Shown here: one piece after another, positions 35,648-45,550 of the stretch | Layout: each line of letters opens with the position of its first letter | How positions within the stretch are numbered: position 1 is the first letter of the stretch | Virus record (IMG/VR): IMGVR_UViG_3300044630_004720 | Strand: one strand, 5' to 3' | DNA: 64,000 nt | From: a virus | Lineage: Duplodnaviria; Caudoviricetes | Program-made: the position numbers and the translations under genes | Notes under the pieces: model-generated | What the model was told of the DNA's origin: nothing | Database searches by the model: none | Seen by the model: the letters and a program-made list of their open reading frames with translations, nothing else

Positions 35648-36385
35648 ATGAGTAAATTTGGGGTTTTAAAAACTAAGATATTAAAGAAACTCACAGAATC
35701 ATATTCAAATCAGAATAAAACTGAGATGAAGGAAATCCTTAAAATGATTAAAGAGAATAAGGATTTTAAAGAGTTATATCTTTTTTACGAAGAAATCGAA
35801 AACAAATATTTTGAAGATAAGGACACTGCAAAATTATATGTGGAAGAATTGAATACAATTCTAAAGAACAAATCAAAAAATATATCTGATTTTTGTAATA
35901 AATTGAATACGAAATTAAATGACATTGAGATAAACGAAAATGAAGTTTACTCAAGTCTTGATACGTTATTAGAAGAAGATAACTTATCGAATATTGATAA
36001 GAAGGTTCTCTCTAAGAAAAAATTAGTCGGTCATTTAACGACTTCTAAACAAACAAACGAAGACTTATCGTCTGATGTTGTTGTAAATGAATCTTTACTG
36101 CACGCAGTATTAGTTAATAATTTTAACGTTTTATATTCAAACAACCTAAACGAAGAACAAAAAGAAGAATTAAAAAATATTCTTTCAATGAATCAAGAAG
36201 ATTTAGATAAGAATATGTCAGAATTAAAAGAAAATGTTTTAGACCAAGTATCAAAGATTTTAACTGAAAATTCAGACCAAGACCTTTCAAAGAAGTTAAC
36301 ACAAGTTCAAGACGAGGTTAACAAAATGACATTTAGTAAAATTAATTATTTCAAACTTAAAGAATTAAAAAATGGTCTTAATTAA
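35648..36385 (+). CDS. Hypothetical head-module protein
   Basis: 245-aa helical ORF with LTES, LNEE and LTE motifs. Confidence 0.65.
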   Translation: MSKFGVLKTKILKKLTESYSNQNKTEMKEILKMIKENKDFKELYLFYEEIENKYFEDKDTAKLYVEELNTILKNKSKNISDFCNKLNTKLNDIEINENEVYSSLDTLLEEDNLSNIDKKVLSKKKLVGHLTTSKQTNEDLSSDVVVNESLLHAVLVNNFNVLYSNNLNEEQKEELKNILSMNQEDLDKNMSELKENVLDQVSKILTENSDQDLSKKLTQVQDEVNKMTFSKINYFKLKELKNGLN

Positions 36386-36396
36386 GACCATTTTTT
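36367..36396. terminator. 30-nt perfect palindrome, bidirectional terminator over two convergent stop codons
   Basis: aaaaaatggtcttaa|ttaagaccatttttt. Confidence 0.75.
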
Positions 36397-36569
36397 ATTT
36401 TCTCTGAATAGATTGCTTTGAGTTTTTCTTTACGTTTTTTAACGGAGGGTTTTACAAACTCTTCCCTTTCTCTTAATTTTTGGATTTGCTTAATTTTTTG
36501 AACTTTTTGTTTGTACGTTCTTAACGCAAACTCAATTCCTCGCTCTCCCTTTACTTCGATTATAATCAT
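36378..36569 (-). CDS. rpsU: Ribosomal protein bS21
   Basis: MIIIEVKGERGIEFALRTYKQK...LREREEFVKPSVKKR matches bS21; TATTTATA upstream (36590-36597). Confidence 0.85.
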   Translation of the reverse strand: MIIIEVKGERGIEFALRTYKQKVQKIKQIQKLREREEFVKPSVKKRKEKLKAIYSEKIKNGLN

Positions 36570-36669
36570 TTGTTTTTAATTTATATTTTATAAATATATT
36601 TTGGATTTACCAGAATTTTTCATTATATTTTAAATATAACCATAAGATATTATAATATGAACAAAATTA

Positions 36670-37095
36670 ATGAAAACCGGAAAATTTATACCACTGGGAC
36701 ACTATGGTAATGTAAAAATCGGATATGGAACTGTAGATTACAAAAACTTAAAAACCATATATATAAAATTAAATTCTTGGCTTTTACCTGAAACCGATAC
36801 TAAAGACTTCGATGTCATAATTTCAAAATCACGTAGAGAAATTAAAAACTATATCTATTGTTTGGATAACGACTTATTTAGAAAAGAAAATATAGTCGAT
36901 TTAGACATTAGAACTAAAGGAATCAAACTCGAAAAGAAGTCATTTATGAATTTAGAGATAACATTATTTGTTAAAAATCATTTTGATATTCGCGATAAAA
37001 AAGTAAAGAGTAGAATTAAAGAACTATCCGAACACATCGTTGATACTAATCTAAAAGACAAAAATCTGTTTAATTTCTATAAGAACAAGAAATAA
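36670..37095 (+). CDS. Hypothetical protein
   Basis: 141-aa ORF. Confidence 0.65.
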   Translation: MKTGKFIPLGHYGNVKIGYGTVDYKNLKTIYIKLNSWLLPETDTKDFDVIISKSRREIKNYIYCLDNDLFRKENIVDLDIRTKGIKLEKKSFMNLEITLFVKNHFDIRDKKVKSRIKELSEHIVDTNLKDKNLFNFYKNKK

Positions 37096-37110
37096 GTTGG
37101 GTTATTGATG

Positions 37111-37118
37111 TATTTATA
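37111..37118 (+). promoter_or_regulatory. Putative late promoter TATTTATA
   Basis: Upstream of the prohead protease. Confidence 0.55.
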
Positions 37119-37133
37119 GTATAAAAACTGTAA

Positions 37134-37820
37134 ATGAAAATTTTAGGTCCTCACGAAACGGGTAAAGGAATCTTAATAGAGTACGACGCCGGACATATAT
37201 CACCTGAAGAAAACAAGCAAATCATTAAGGAAATGAGAGAACTTGATTTTTCTCAGGACATAGTTTTATACGCTGTTTTACAAAAATACGACACTCCAAA
37301 TAAGAACGGAAGGATTTATCCTGAAATGTTACTGAAAAGAGAAAACGAAAAATACCAAACGCTAATTAAAAAGGGTGGTGCATTAAACGAATTAAATCAC
37401 CCATCATCTTCACTTATCGATTTAGATAGGGTTTCCCATTCAATTCTTGAAACTTTTTGGGATGGTAAGATGCTTATGGGTAAAATTAAACTTTTCACTT
37501 CGCCGGGTTGGAGAAAGATGGGAATTGTTTCCACAAAAGGGGACCAAGCAGCAATGTTAATTATGAACGGAGCTACTTTAGGTATCTCTTCAAGAGGTGT
37601 CGGTTCATTAAAGAATGTTAAGGGTCAAAACATAGTACAAGAAGATTTTGAACTTGTTTGTTTTGATTTGGTGTCATCTCCATCTACACCAGGTGCATAT
37701 GTGTTCCCTGATTTATCTGACAGGGACAAATATCAAGAATCTATTGATGAAAAATCTGATGAAGGTATGAACAAGATGAAGTCATTAATGGGTAAACTAG
37801 ATAGTTTTTTATCTAAATAA
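37134..37820 (+). CDS. Prohead core protease (T4 gp21-like)
   Basis: NKNGRIYP, ELNHP, LGISSRGVGS, FDLVSSPS. Confidence 0.92.
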   Translation: MKILGPHETGKGILIEYDAGHISPEENKQIIKEMRELDFSQDIVLYAVLQKYDTPNKNGRIYPEMLLKRENEKYQTLIKKGGALNELNHPSSSLIDLDRVSHSILETFWDGKMLMGKIKLFTSPGWRKMGIVSTKGDQAAMLIMNGATLGISSRGVGSLKNVKGQNIVQEDFELVCFDLVSSPSTPGAYVFPDLSDRDKYQESIDEKSDEGMNKMKSLMGKLDSFLSK

Positions 37821-37873
37821 TAATTTTTATCCGTTTTGAGGTATAAGAAAAGTAATTTTTTCTAAAATCAATG

Positions 37874-37881
37874 TATTTATA
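37874..37881 (+). promoter_or_regulatory. Putative late promoter TATTTATA
   Basis: Upstream of the scaffold/capsid genes. Confidence 0.55.
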
Positions 37882-37907
37882 GGATAATAAAACATTTAAA
37901 AAATACG

Positions 37908-39140
37908 ATGAGTCAAAAATCTATTTTAGAACAAGCTTTACTTCAAGTACAAACTCTTGAAGAAGCAGTTAAGCAAAATGCAAAGGGTATACTTGCTTCT
38001 ACAATGAAACAAGAACTAAATGATTTGCTTAAAGAATCAGAAGACGAGGGGAATATTGAATCTCCTGAAGTTGAAGAACAAGATGTACCAGAAATTGGTG
38101 ATGAAGAAACTCCAACAGATGACGAAGAATCAGACGAAATTGCAGATGAACCTGAATCTGACGAAGAAGGTGAAGATGAAATGGGTGCTGATGATGAAGA
38201 AGAAATACCTGCGGATGACGAGGAAATGCCTGCTGATGACGAAATGGGCGTTGAAGACGAAATGGGTGCTGATGATGAAGAGGGAGAAGATGTTCTTGAT
38301 ATGACATCGGCTTCTGACGCTGAAGTACTTAAAGTTTTCAGAGCTATGAAGCCTGATGATGGTATTGTCGTTAAAAAAGAAGGTGATAAAATTTCTTTGA
38401 ATGTTGATGATGAGGAGTACATTATTAAGCTCGGTGACGAAGGAATGGGTCTTAATGAAGGATGGGATGAATCTGAAGGACAATATGATGAGTCTGATGT
38501 AGACACATCTATGTTGGAAGATGATGATATCGAACCTTCTGATGAAGACGGAACCGTTTTTGAAATCGAACTTGACGAAGAGGAAAAAGATGTTATTGAG
38601 CCTGTTGAAGGTGAAGTTAAAAAGGTTGAAGCAACCGAAGCGTTACGTACAAAATCAAACCGTCACGGAGATAAAAACGGCCAAAATCGTACTGGTTTAC
38701 CGGCTAAAAATGTTTACAAAGCGGGTACAGTAACTAATGAGGAAGTATCAACACTTAAAAAACAAGTTCAAGTTCTTAGAGAAAAGAATGAAGAGTACAA
38801 AAAAGCTCTTGTGCTTTTCAAAGAAAAATTGAACGAAGTCGCTACTTTCAACGCAAATTTAGCATTCGCAACCAAATTGTTTACAGAACATTCAACAACT
38901 AAACAGGAGAAAATGAATATATTAAAAAGATTTGATTCAGTTTCTACTATAAAAGAGTCCAAAAATCTTTATTCTACAATTAACTCTGAATTAGACAATA
39001 AAAAACCAATGACAGAGGCTATTGTAGATAAAATTACATCTAATCCAACAACTTCTTCTACCGAGGTTCTTTCAGAGTCAAAAGCTTATGAAAATCCACA
39101 ATTCAGAAGAATGAAAGATTTGATGAATAAAATAAAATAA
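37908..39140 (+). CDS. Prohead scaffold/core protein (gp22-like)
   Basis: Highly acidic, C-terminal coiled coil, located between protease and capsid genes. Confidence 0.8.
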   Translation: MSQKSILEQALLQVQTLEEAVKQNAKGILASTMKQELNDLLKESEDEGNIESPEVEEQDVPEIGDEETPTDDEESDEIADEPESDEEGEDEMGADDEEEIPADDEEMPADDEMGVEDEMGADDEEGEDVLDMTSASDAEVLKVFRAMKPDDGIVVKKEGDKISLNVDDEEYIIKLGDEGMGLNEGWDESEGQYDESDVDTSMLEDDDIEPSDEDGTVFEIELDEEEKDVIEPVEGEVKKVEATEALRTKSNRHGDKNGQNRTGLPAKNVYKAGTVTNEEVSTLKKQVQVLREKNEEYKKALVLFKEKLNEVATFNANLAFATKLFTEHSTTKQEKMNILKRFDSVSTIKESKNLYSTINSELDNKKPMTEAIVDKITSNPTTSSTEVLSESKAYENPQFRRMKDLMNKIK

Positions 39141-39171
39141 TAAAAATTTAAAAAAATAAAATCCAAAAAAA

Positions 39172-40905
39172 ATGGGAGCATTATTAGAATCAGGTATGGT
39201 TGGTAACATCGGTCTTAAGCACCTTCGTGTTATCAAAGAAGATACCATCAAAAAATGGGACGAGTTGGGATTCCTTGAGGGTCTTGGCGGTCACCAAAAA
39301 GATAACATCGCACAATTATACGAAAACCAAGCATCTTACTTAATCAACGAAGCAGCAGTATCTGACGCTTCAGGTTCATTTGAGACAGTGGTTTTCCCAA
39401 TCATTCGTCGTGTTTTCTCTAAATTATTAGCAAACGATATCGTTTCTGTACAAGCAATGAACTTACCAATCGGTAAATTATTCTACTTTGTACCTAAAAT
39501 CCAAAACAGACAAAGTAACTCACTTAATGAGCACTACGCACCTTACAAGATGCCAAGTAACACTGACGCTCAAGACGCTGGTTATACTTCTGGTTTAAAC
39601 CTTTATGACCGTTTCTACGAGTCAGGTGATGGTAACAGCCCTGATACAGGATTGTTCGATTACTCTAAAGGTTCTTATTCAGGTGTAACTTTAGCAGGTG
39701 CTGCAGTTGTAGCATTCTCTAACGGTGTTGTATCTGATGTAACAAGAGCATCATTAACTGGTACTACTAAAGATTCATTAGTTGTTAAATTCTCAGGTTT
39801 CACTAAAGATGGTCAAGGTAAACTTATCGGACCTAACGGTTCTGTAATGGATACTGAAGAATTCTTAGCAGGAGCTGAAATTTTCGTTAGTGGAGCTTCT
39901 AAAAACTTCAACATCGTAACTCAGAAATACGGTAAAGGTATTATCGAGTACGGTTCAAAAGCAACTTCAGCATTCCCTGGTGGTAGATTCCAAGATGTTT
40001 GTGATGAGGAAGGTGTAATTTACATCAATGTAGATTTACAAAACTACAACGGTGCAACTACAGGTTTTACCGCATCTCAATTATCTAACACATTCCAAGC
40101 TTCAGACGTTACTTTGACTTTCAGAGTATACAATGACTTAGAATTTGAAGATGAAATCGGTGAAGTATCTTTCGATTTAGAATCTGTTACAGTTTCTGTA
40201 GTAGAAAGAAAATTAAGAGCTAGCTGGTCTCCAGAATTAGCACAAGACGTAAGTGCATTCCACAACATCGACGCTGAAGCTGAGTTAACTGCATTGTTAT
40301 CTGAGCAAATCGCGGCTGAGGTTGACCGTGAAATCTTACGTGACTTACGTAAAGGTGCCGCTTGGACAGCTAAGTGGGATTACAACGAATGGAAATACGG
40401 AAACGGTGGTTCTTCATTCGCAGGTTACACTCAAAAAGACTGGAACCAAACATTAATCACTAAGATTAATCAGATTTCAGCTCAAATCCATAAAACTACT
40501 TTGAGAGGTGGTGCTAACTGGATTATCGTATCTTCAGAAGTATCTGCAGTATTCGATGATTTAGAATATTTCCACGTATCAAACGCTCATCCTGAGCAAG
40601 ACCAATACAATATGGGTATTGAGAAAGTAGGTACATTAGCAGGTCGTTACCAAGTATATCGTGACCCTTACTTCCCAGCAAACAAAATTTTGATTGGACA
40701 CAAAGGTAAGTCATTGTTAGACGCTGGTTATGTATACGCACCATATGTTCCACTTCAATTAACTCCAACAATGTATAATCCTTTCAATATGACCCCAATT
40801 AAGGGTATTATGACTCGTTACGCTAAGAAAATGGTTAACAACCGTTACTTCGGTGTAATCACAGTGAGAGGTGTACAAACGTTCGATATGAACACATTAA
40901 GATAA
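39172..40905 (+). CDS. Major capsid protein (T4 gp23-like)
   Basis: VQAMNLPIG, RKLRASWSPELAQD, EQIAAEVDRE, YAPYVPL, KGIMTRY; LINE|A candidate maturation site. Confidence 0.95.
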   Translation: MGALLESGMVGNIGLKHLRVIKEDTIKKWDELGFLEGLGGHQKDNIAQLYENQASYLINEAAVSDASGSFETVVFPIIRRVFSKLLANDIVSVQAMNLPIGKLFYFVPKIQNRQSNSLNEHYAPYKMPSNTDAQDAGYTSGLNLYDRFYESGDGNSPDTGLFDYSKGSYSGVTLAGAAVVAFSNGVVSDVTRASLTGTTKDSLVVKFSGFTKDGQGKLIGPNGSVMDTEEFLAGAEIFVSGASKNFNIVTQKYGKGIIEYGSKATSAFPGGRFQDVCDEEGVIYINVDLQNYNGATTGFTASQLSNTFQASDVTLTFRVYNDLEFEDEIGEVSFDLESVTVSVVERKLRASWSPELAQDVSAFHNIDAEAELTALLSEQIAAEVDREILRDLRKGAAWTAKWDYNEWKYGNGGSSFAGYTQKDWNQTLITKINQISAQIHKTTLRGGANWIIVSSEVSAVFDDLEYFHVSNAHPEQDQYNMGIEKVGTLAGRYQVYRDPYFPANKILIGHKGKSLLDAGYVYAPYVPLQLTPTMYNPFNMTPIKGIMTRYAKKMVNNRYFGVITVRGVQTFDMNTLR

Positions 40906-40925
40906 TATTTTTTATCTTATTTTAT

Positions 40926-40954
40926 AAAAACCCCCGACTATTCGGGGGTTTTTT
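40926..40954 (+). terminator. Intrinsic terminator after the capsid gene
   Basis: aaaaacccccga-ctat-tcgggggtttttt. Confidence 0.85.
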
Positions 40955-41005
40955 ATTATGTAACAGATATTTATATATTATAAAATAAAAAAAAACATTT
41001 ATAAG

Positions 41006-41932
41006 ATGAAAAGAAGAGTAATTCAACTAAAAGAATCTGAACTCAAACAATTGATTTCAAGAATTATAGAAGAACAAACAGCGGCTTCGGCATTTACACA
41101 AGGTCAACAAGCTGGTCAGGTGGCGGGACAACAAGCTCGTCAGGTAGTTAATAAAGCAGCAAATCAAGCAGTGACTGCGGTTAAACAAGGCGCAAACACC
41201 GTAATTAAAGGGGTTACTGAGACAATAGTTACTTTCGCTAAAGTAACATTTAAAATTGTTGTTTATGGTGCTGCAGTTGTATTCGTAATTGGTCAATCAA
41301 TTTTTAAAGTTGGTGCGGCTATTGGAAATGCAATTATAAAATTTATAGCGTCGACAGGTCAGGCAGTTATTAAAAGTGGCCAAGCGATAGCACAAGACAC
41401 TGCGGCGGCATTTAGAAAAGCAGGTATTGCACTTGAAAAAGGAGCTCAATGGGTTGGTCAACAACTATCGGCATTAAAAGACTCAACACTTGCAGTTGGT
41501 AAATATCTCATCGACCACGCAAGGTCATTGGGAACAGCAGCATACGCTAAATTCTTAGTGGCGATGGCAGGAATAAAAGAACTTGGGACTACTTTTGGTA
41601 ACTACTTGAAAAATGGTTGGGCTAGTATCCAAAATAGTATAGGTGTGGCTTGGGAAAATGCATCTAGTTGGGCTTCAGGAATGTACAATAAAGCTAAACA
41701 AGGTCTTTCAGATGTGGGTACTGCAATAGGTAATAAAGCAAGGCAAGTGGGTACTGCAATAGGTGATAAAGCAAACCAAATAGCTCAAGGAGTGTCAAAT
41801 TTAGCCGGTAAAGCCTGGGGTGGTATTCAAGGTTTCTTACAAGAAATGTATGAAAGATATCTTTCTTTTTCTGACAATAGCAAATCAATACTTAATGAGG
41901 CCGTACACTATAACGGTAAAGTTATTTTATAA
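41006..41932 (+). CDS. Gly/Ala-rich amphipathic protein, putative virion-internal
   Basis: N-terminus ending IIEE|Q; 11-aa repeat VGTAIGNKARQ/VGTAIGDKANQ (41714-41779); TATTTATA at 40968-40975. Confidence 0.65.
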   Translation: MKRRVIQLKESELKQLISRIIEEQTAASAFTQGQQAGQVAGQQARQVVNKAANQAVTAVKQGANTVIKGVTETIVTFAKVTFKIVVYGAAVVFVIGQSIFKVGAAIGNAIIKFIASTGQAVIKSGQAIAQDTAAAFRKAGIALEKGAQWVGQQLSALKDSTLAVGKYLIDHARSLGTAAYAKFLVAMAGIKELGTTFGNYLKNGWASIQNSIGVAWENASSWASGMYNKAKQGLSDVGTAIGNKARQVGTAIGDKANQIAQGVSNLAGKAWGGIQGFLQEMYERYLSFSDNSKSILNEAVHYNGKVIL

Positions 41933-41951
41933 TTTTTTCATAATACTTTTT

Positions 41952-41979
41952 AAAACCCTCGAGAAATCGGGGGTTTTTT
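41952..41979 (+). terminator. Intrinsic terminator
   Basis: aaaaccctcga-gaaa-tcgggggtttttt. Confidence 0.8.
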
Positions 41980-41983
41980 GTTT

Positions 41984-42014
41984 TTTGTATATTCTGAAAA
42001 ATACACTATATTTG
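41984..42014 (+). promoter_or_regulatory. Bacteroidetes-type promoter
   Basis: TTTG-N19-TATATTTG. Confidence 0.65.
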
Positions 42015-42018
42015 TGCT

Positions 42019-42333
42019 ATGGGTGAAACAGATTATAGTAAATTAAGAACTGATGTCCTTGAAAAACTCATTTACGAGAGAAGTATTGAGTGCAAAATGA
42101 AAAAGGACGAAATGGTAAAAATGTTGAGGTTGTACGATGAGGGGAAGTATGTAGAACCAATGAAAGAAACTTCATACGTAAAAGACGGAGATGGTTTTAT
42201 GGTGGGTGTTGATATGAAGAATAAGGAACACTTACAACAAATAAGTAAATTAATAGAAAAAAAAGAGGGTAAATCCTTAAACAGATATTCGGACGATAGA
42301 GTATGGTATTGGATTCCTAACAAATTAATATGA
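42019..42333 (+). CDS. Hypothetical protein with SAP/HeH-like N-terminus
   Basis: YSKLRTDVLEKLIYERSI...KKDEMVKML. Confidence 0.55.
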   Translation: MGETDYSKLRTDVLEKLIYERSIECKMKKDEMVKMLRLYDEGKYVEPMKETSYVKDGDGFMVGVDMKNKEHLQQISKLIEKKEGKSLNRYSDDRVWYWIPNKLI

Positions 42334-42770
42334 ATTGGATAGAATATTTTTTGGGTTTAGCTGAACAGGTTAAGTTAAAATCTAAAGACCAATCCACACA
42401 GATTGGTGCAGTTATCGTTGGTGAGGACAATGAGGTCCTTTCTACGGGTTATAATTCATTTCCGAGAGGAATGGATGATTCGAAAGAAGAACGTCAGGAA
42501 AGACCTGAAAAGTACTTCTGGTTCGAACACGCAGAACGTAATGCAATATACAACGCTGCTCGGGTTGGGACTCCATTAAAAGGTTCTACCATATATCTGA
42601 CATCAGGATTACCGTGTATGGACTGTGCCAGAGGTATAGTAAATAGCGGTATAAAAACTGTTTACTGTAAAGAGGTGTGTACTACAAAAAATAAGGAGAA
42701 GTGGGATGAATCTCAAAAGAAATCACTCCAACTCCTCCTTGAATGTGGGATTGTTGTAAACTATTATTAA
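42330..42770 (+). CDS. dCMP deaminase
   Basis: STGYN, HAERNAI, PCMDC. Confidence 0.92.
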   Translation: MNWIEYFLGLAEQVKLKSKDQSTQIGAVIVGEDNEVLSTGYNSFPRGMDDSKEERQERPEKYFWFEHAERNAIYNAARVGTPLKGSTIYLTSGLPCMDCARGIVNSGIKTVYCKEVCTTKNKEKWDESQKKSLQLLLECGIVVNYY

Positions 42771-43676
42771 TTACCAAGTTCTACAAGCCCAATATCTCGC
42801 TTTCCATCTTGGTCCTGGGTTGTCACAATTGTGTCTAGCTCTAAATGATTTTCTTCTTTCGGGGTTATTTTTCTTAATCTTCATAACCTTACCTTTTGCT
42901 GATTTACCACCAAAACCAAAGTTTACTTTTACAACCTTTCCACTTGCATTTTTAACATAAACTTTGAATTTCTTTACGTCTCCTTGCATAATTTTTCCTA
43001 ATTGTACTTTACGTCCTTGGTATTCAGCCTCATTTAATAAATCGGTTACTTCATAATCAGTTTGTTCGATTGGTCCGTATTCATTTTCATATATGAATGT
43101 TAAATCGTCGTCAGATAAATCTAATTCACCACTTAAATATAGTTCTTTAGATTCTTCTAATAACTCATAGAAACCATCAGTACCTAACTTATAAACACTT
43201 TCTATTAGTGGTTTTTTTGCTAATACGTGGTATGTTAATGCTGCGGATGTTTCTATATTTTCATTAACCAATGTTGGGTATAGTGTAACATTGTTTGGTA
43301 TTGAAAAATCAACCTTTATTTTGTTTTCCATTCCTTCATCAAATTTTGTCATTGTTGGTTTATTACCCTTACCAATTTTAGGGTCTTTCTTTTCAGCTCT
43401 TCTCTTTTGAGAAGTCATTGCTTTCTTTTCTTTCTTACTATAAGAACCTGCAGTTTTAGGGGTTTCTTTTGATACTTTTTTCGATGGTCTACATTTTGGA
43501 TATGATTTACCATCTGCGTCTTTTCTACCGCAAGGTGGGTGTTTACCATCTACCTTACGACTGACATCTACCCACTTTTCTTTAAACCAACGTCTAAGGT
43601 CTTCCACCAAAACATCACCATTTTCGATTGATTCTTGAATGTATTTAAAATCTTCTTTACTTACAAGTACCTTCAT
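42771..43676 (-). CDS. Modular protein with two basic Cys/Trp mini-domains, putative head-internal
   Basis: LVE|DLRRWFKEKW...PPCGR...YPKCRP; LNE|AEYQGRKV...RARHNC...ARYWACRTW. Confidence 0.65.
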   Translation of the reverse strand: MKVLVSKEDFKYIQESIENGDVLVEDLRRWFKEKWVDVSRKVDGKHPPCGRKDADGKSYPKCRPSKKVSKETPKTAGSYSKKEKKAMTSQKRRAEKKDPKIGKGNKPTMTKFDEGMENKIKVDFSIPNNVTLYPTLVNENIETSAALTYHVLAKKPLIESVYKLGTDGFYELLEESKELYLSGELDLSDDDLTFIYENEYGPIEQTDYEVTDLLNEAEYQGRKVQLGKIMQGDVKKFKVYVKNASGKVVKVNFGFGGKSAKGKVMKIKKNNPERRKSFRARHNCDNPGPRWKARYWACRTW

Positions 43677-43681
43677 ATCAA

Positions 43682-44134
43682 TTATTTTTTACATTTTTTC
43701 CAACCACCACCTTTTTTCTTATAGTTTTTCGCCGCCCAACCATTTGCATATGCACTTGGGTAAACATCGAATTTTGATTTAGCAGCCGCTTTAGATGCTG
43801 CCCATTTACCTGGGTCGGTAGGACAATTTCTACTCTCGTCTATTTGGTATTCTTCACTTAATAAACTCTCATCCATTTCAGTATCTTGACCCTTTGTTTG
43901 ATTCATCATAAAATCAAAAACTTGGTCCAAATTTTCTTTGGCTACCGTTATGTGGTCATCAGCCCAATCGTGTCCGTTATCGAGTATTTCGTTAACCTTA
44001 TTTTCGTCTATTTCTAATAACAATTCACATTGTCTTTTGATTTGTTCTAAATTACTAAAAAACATATAGTTACCCGTTTTTTGTTCTACGAGTTTTGATA
44101 TGTGTTTTTTAATAACATTTTCTAAATTTTTCAT
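43682..44134 (-). CDS. Protein with basic C-terminal mini-domain, putative head-internal
   Basis: IDE|SRNCPTDPGKW...FDVYPSAYANGW...YKKKGGGW. Confidence 0.65.
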   Translation of the reverse strand: MKNLENVIKKHISKLVEQKTGNYMFFSNLEQIKRQCELLLEIDENKVNEILDNGHDWADDHITVAKENLDQVFDFMMNQTKGQDTEMDESLLSEEYQIDESRNCPTDPGKWAASKAAAKSKFDVYPSAYANGWAAKNYKKKGGGWKKCKK

Positions 44135-44148
44135 ATTATTAAATAGTT

Positions 44149-45528
44149 TTATTTTTCTGATATAATTTCAAATTTCAATTCTTCTCTATAGAATATCTCT
44201 TCGGTATGTGTTTTAGCTTTTATTTCAACCCAATACTCTCTTGGTATCATATAACTTGTATCTAAAATAAACGAATTTTCATTTGTTCTGTCTAATTTAG
44301 TCCAATCAAACACATTTACTTGGGTAAGTCCTTCTTTCACATATACCCTATAATAAACCTCGTCAAATAAAACCGATTTAGGTTGATTAATTGACCTTAG
44401 AGTGACAACTACTTTTCTAAACTCTCCACGTTTAATTTTTTCGTTTAATTTAATACCAAAAAATTGAATAACGTATCTTTCTAATTCTGTTTGATTCTCA
44501 CCAATAGTGAATAGACTTGTATGTGGTTTAGGGATAAATTTTTGTTTAACGTCACTAAATGAAATACCACCTATTTCAATACCTTTCCATTTATCATAAA
44601 AGAATCTTTTACCGTCACAAAGAACACCACTAATACCAAATGTAACCTTATAAACTCCTTTACGAACTTTAGTAGTGGTGAGGTTAGATAATCCCGCAAT
44701 TGGGTTGTTTGTACTGTCTAATATATCAACTGTTGGTAAAACGTCTAAGTCGTAGAAATTAGTACCTTTTGTGACATATAAATATAGATTTCTATTGATG
44801 TCGGCAATAAAGTTTTCCCTATTGTCATCTATTTGGTCATCGAATACCGTTTCAACAAATGGTTCAAAAAATGTTTGGGTATACATTGTAAAAAATGATA
44901 CCGATTGGTCAACCTCGTTTGTAATATTTTGATATTCGGGGGCAAATGCGATACCTAATCCATAGTTAATACTTGTACCTGTTAATATGCTATTTACGTA
45001 ACTTGTAATATCTGCTTTAAAGTTTTCATTTCCATTATCAAAATGAACTTCAGCAATTGTGGTACCTGTCGGTGGGGCCGTAGAATAAACTCCCTCTTCT
45101 GTCCACTGGTCTAATGTAGTTCTATTAAACCAGTTCGACGGTCTTTGGTCAAAGGTTTCATTACCTGAAGTATAATCATAGGCTTGTTCATAATCAAACC
45201 CAACTCCCTCATCCCAAAATTCAGATACTTTGAATACGATAAGGTCAAAAGAGGTTGTTCTTTCTCTACCTGTGCCTCTTTTTACTCCTTTAAGTGACTC
45301 ATCACCAAATATGGTATTAGTTAGATTTAGGTAATGTCTTGTGTTTGAATTTAAAACAAATTCACCACTATCAACTTTCGATTTTAAATCATCTAAATTG
45401 ATTCTGAAGATATACTTAGAGAATCCCGAACCATAAAAAATCTCAGTATTTGGATTTTTTGCGGTGTTAACCTGTGAATCCTTAATTAAGGTGTTGTTTT
45501 TATTGAAATATGAACGGAAATATGACAT
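44149..45528 (-). CDS. Putative virion structural (tail/baseplate) protein
   Basis: 459-aa beta-rich ORF beside the spike-like gene. Confidence 0.5.
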   Translation of the reverse strand: MSYFRSYFNKNNTLIKDSQVNTAKNPNTEIFYGSGFSKYIFRINLDDLKSKVDSGEFVLNSNTRHYLNLTNTIFGDESLKGVKRGTGRERTTSFDLIVFKVSEFWDEGVGFDYEQAYDYTSGNETFDQRPSNWFNRTTLDQWTEEGVYSTAPPTGTTIAEVHFDNGNENFKADITSYVNSILTGTSINYGLGIAFAPEYQNITNEVDQSVSFFTMYTQTFFEPFVETVFDDQIDDNRENFIADINRNLYLYVTKGTNFYDLDVLPTVDILDSTNNPIAGLSNLTTTKVRKGVYKVTFGISGVLCDGKRFFYDKWKGIEIGGISFSDVKQKFIPKPHTSLFTIGENQTELERYVIQFFGIKLNEKIKRGEFRKVVVTLRSINQPKSVLFDEVYYRVYVKEGLTQVNVFDWTKLDRTNENSFILDTSYMIPREYWVEIKAKTHTEEIFYREELKFEIISEK

Positions 45529-45550
45529 CTTTTTATTTAATAAATATCAA

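Noticed and set aside
37943-38506. Long antisense Ser-rich ORF and other alternate-frame ORFs over the scaffold gene (also 28475-29307, 35119-35581)
   Set aside because: Mirror images of Glu/Asp/Ala-rich coding sequence (gaa/gat codons lack antisense stops).
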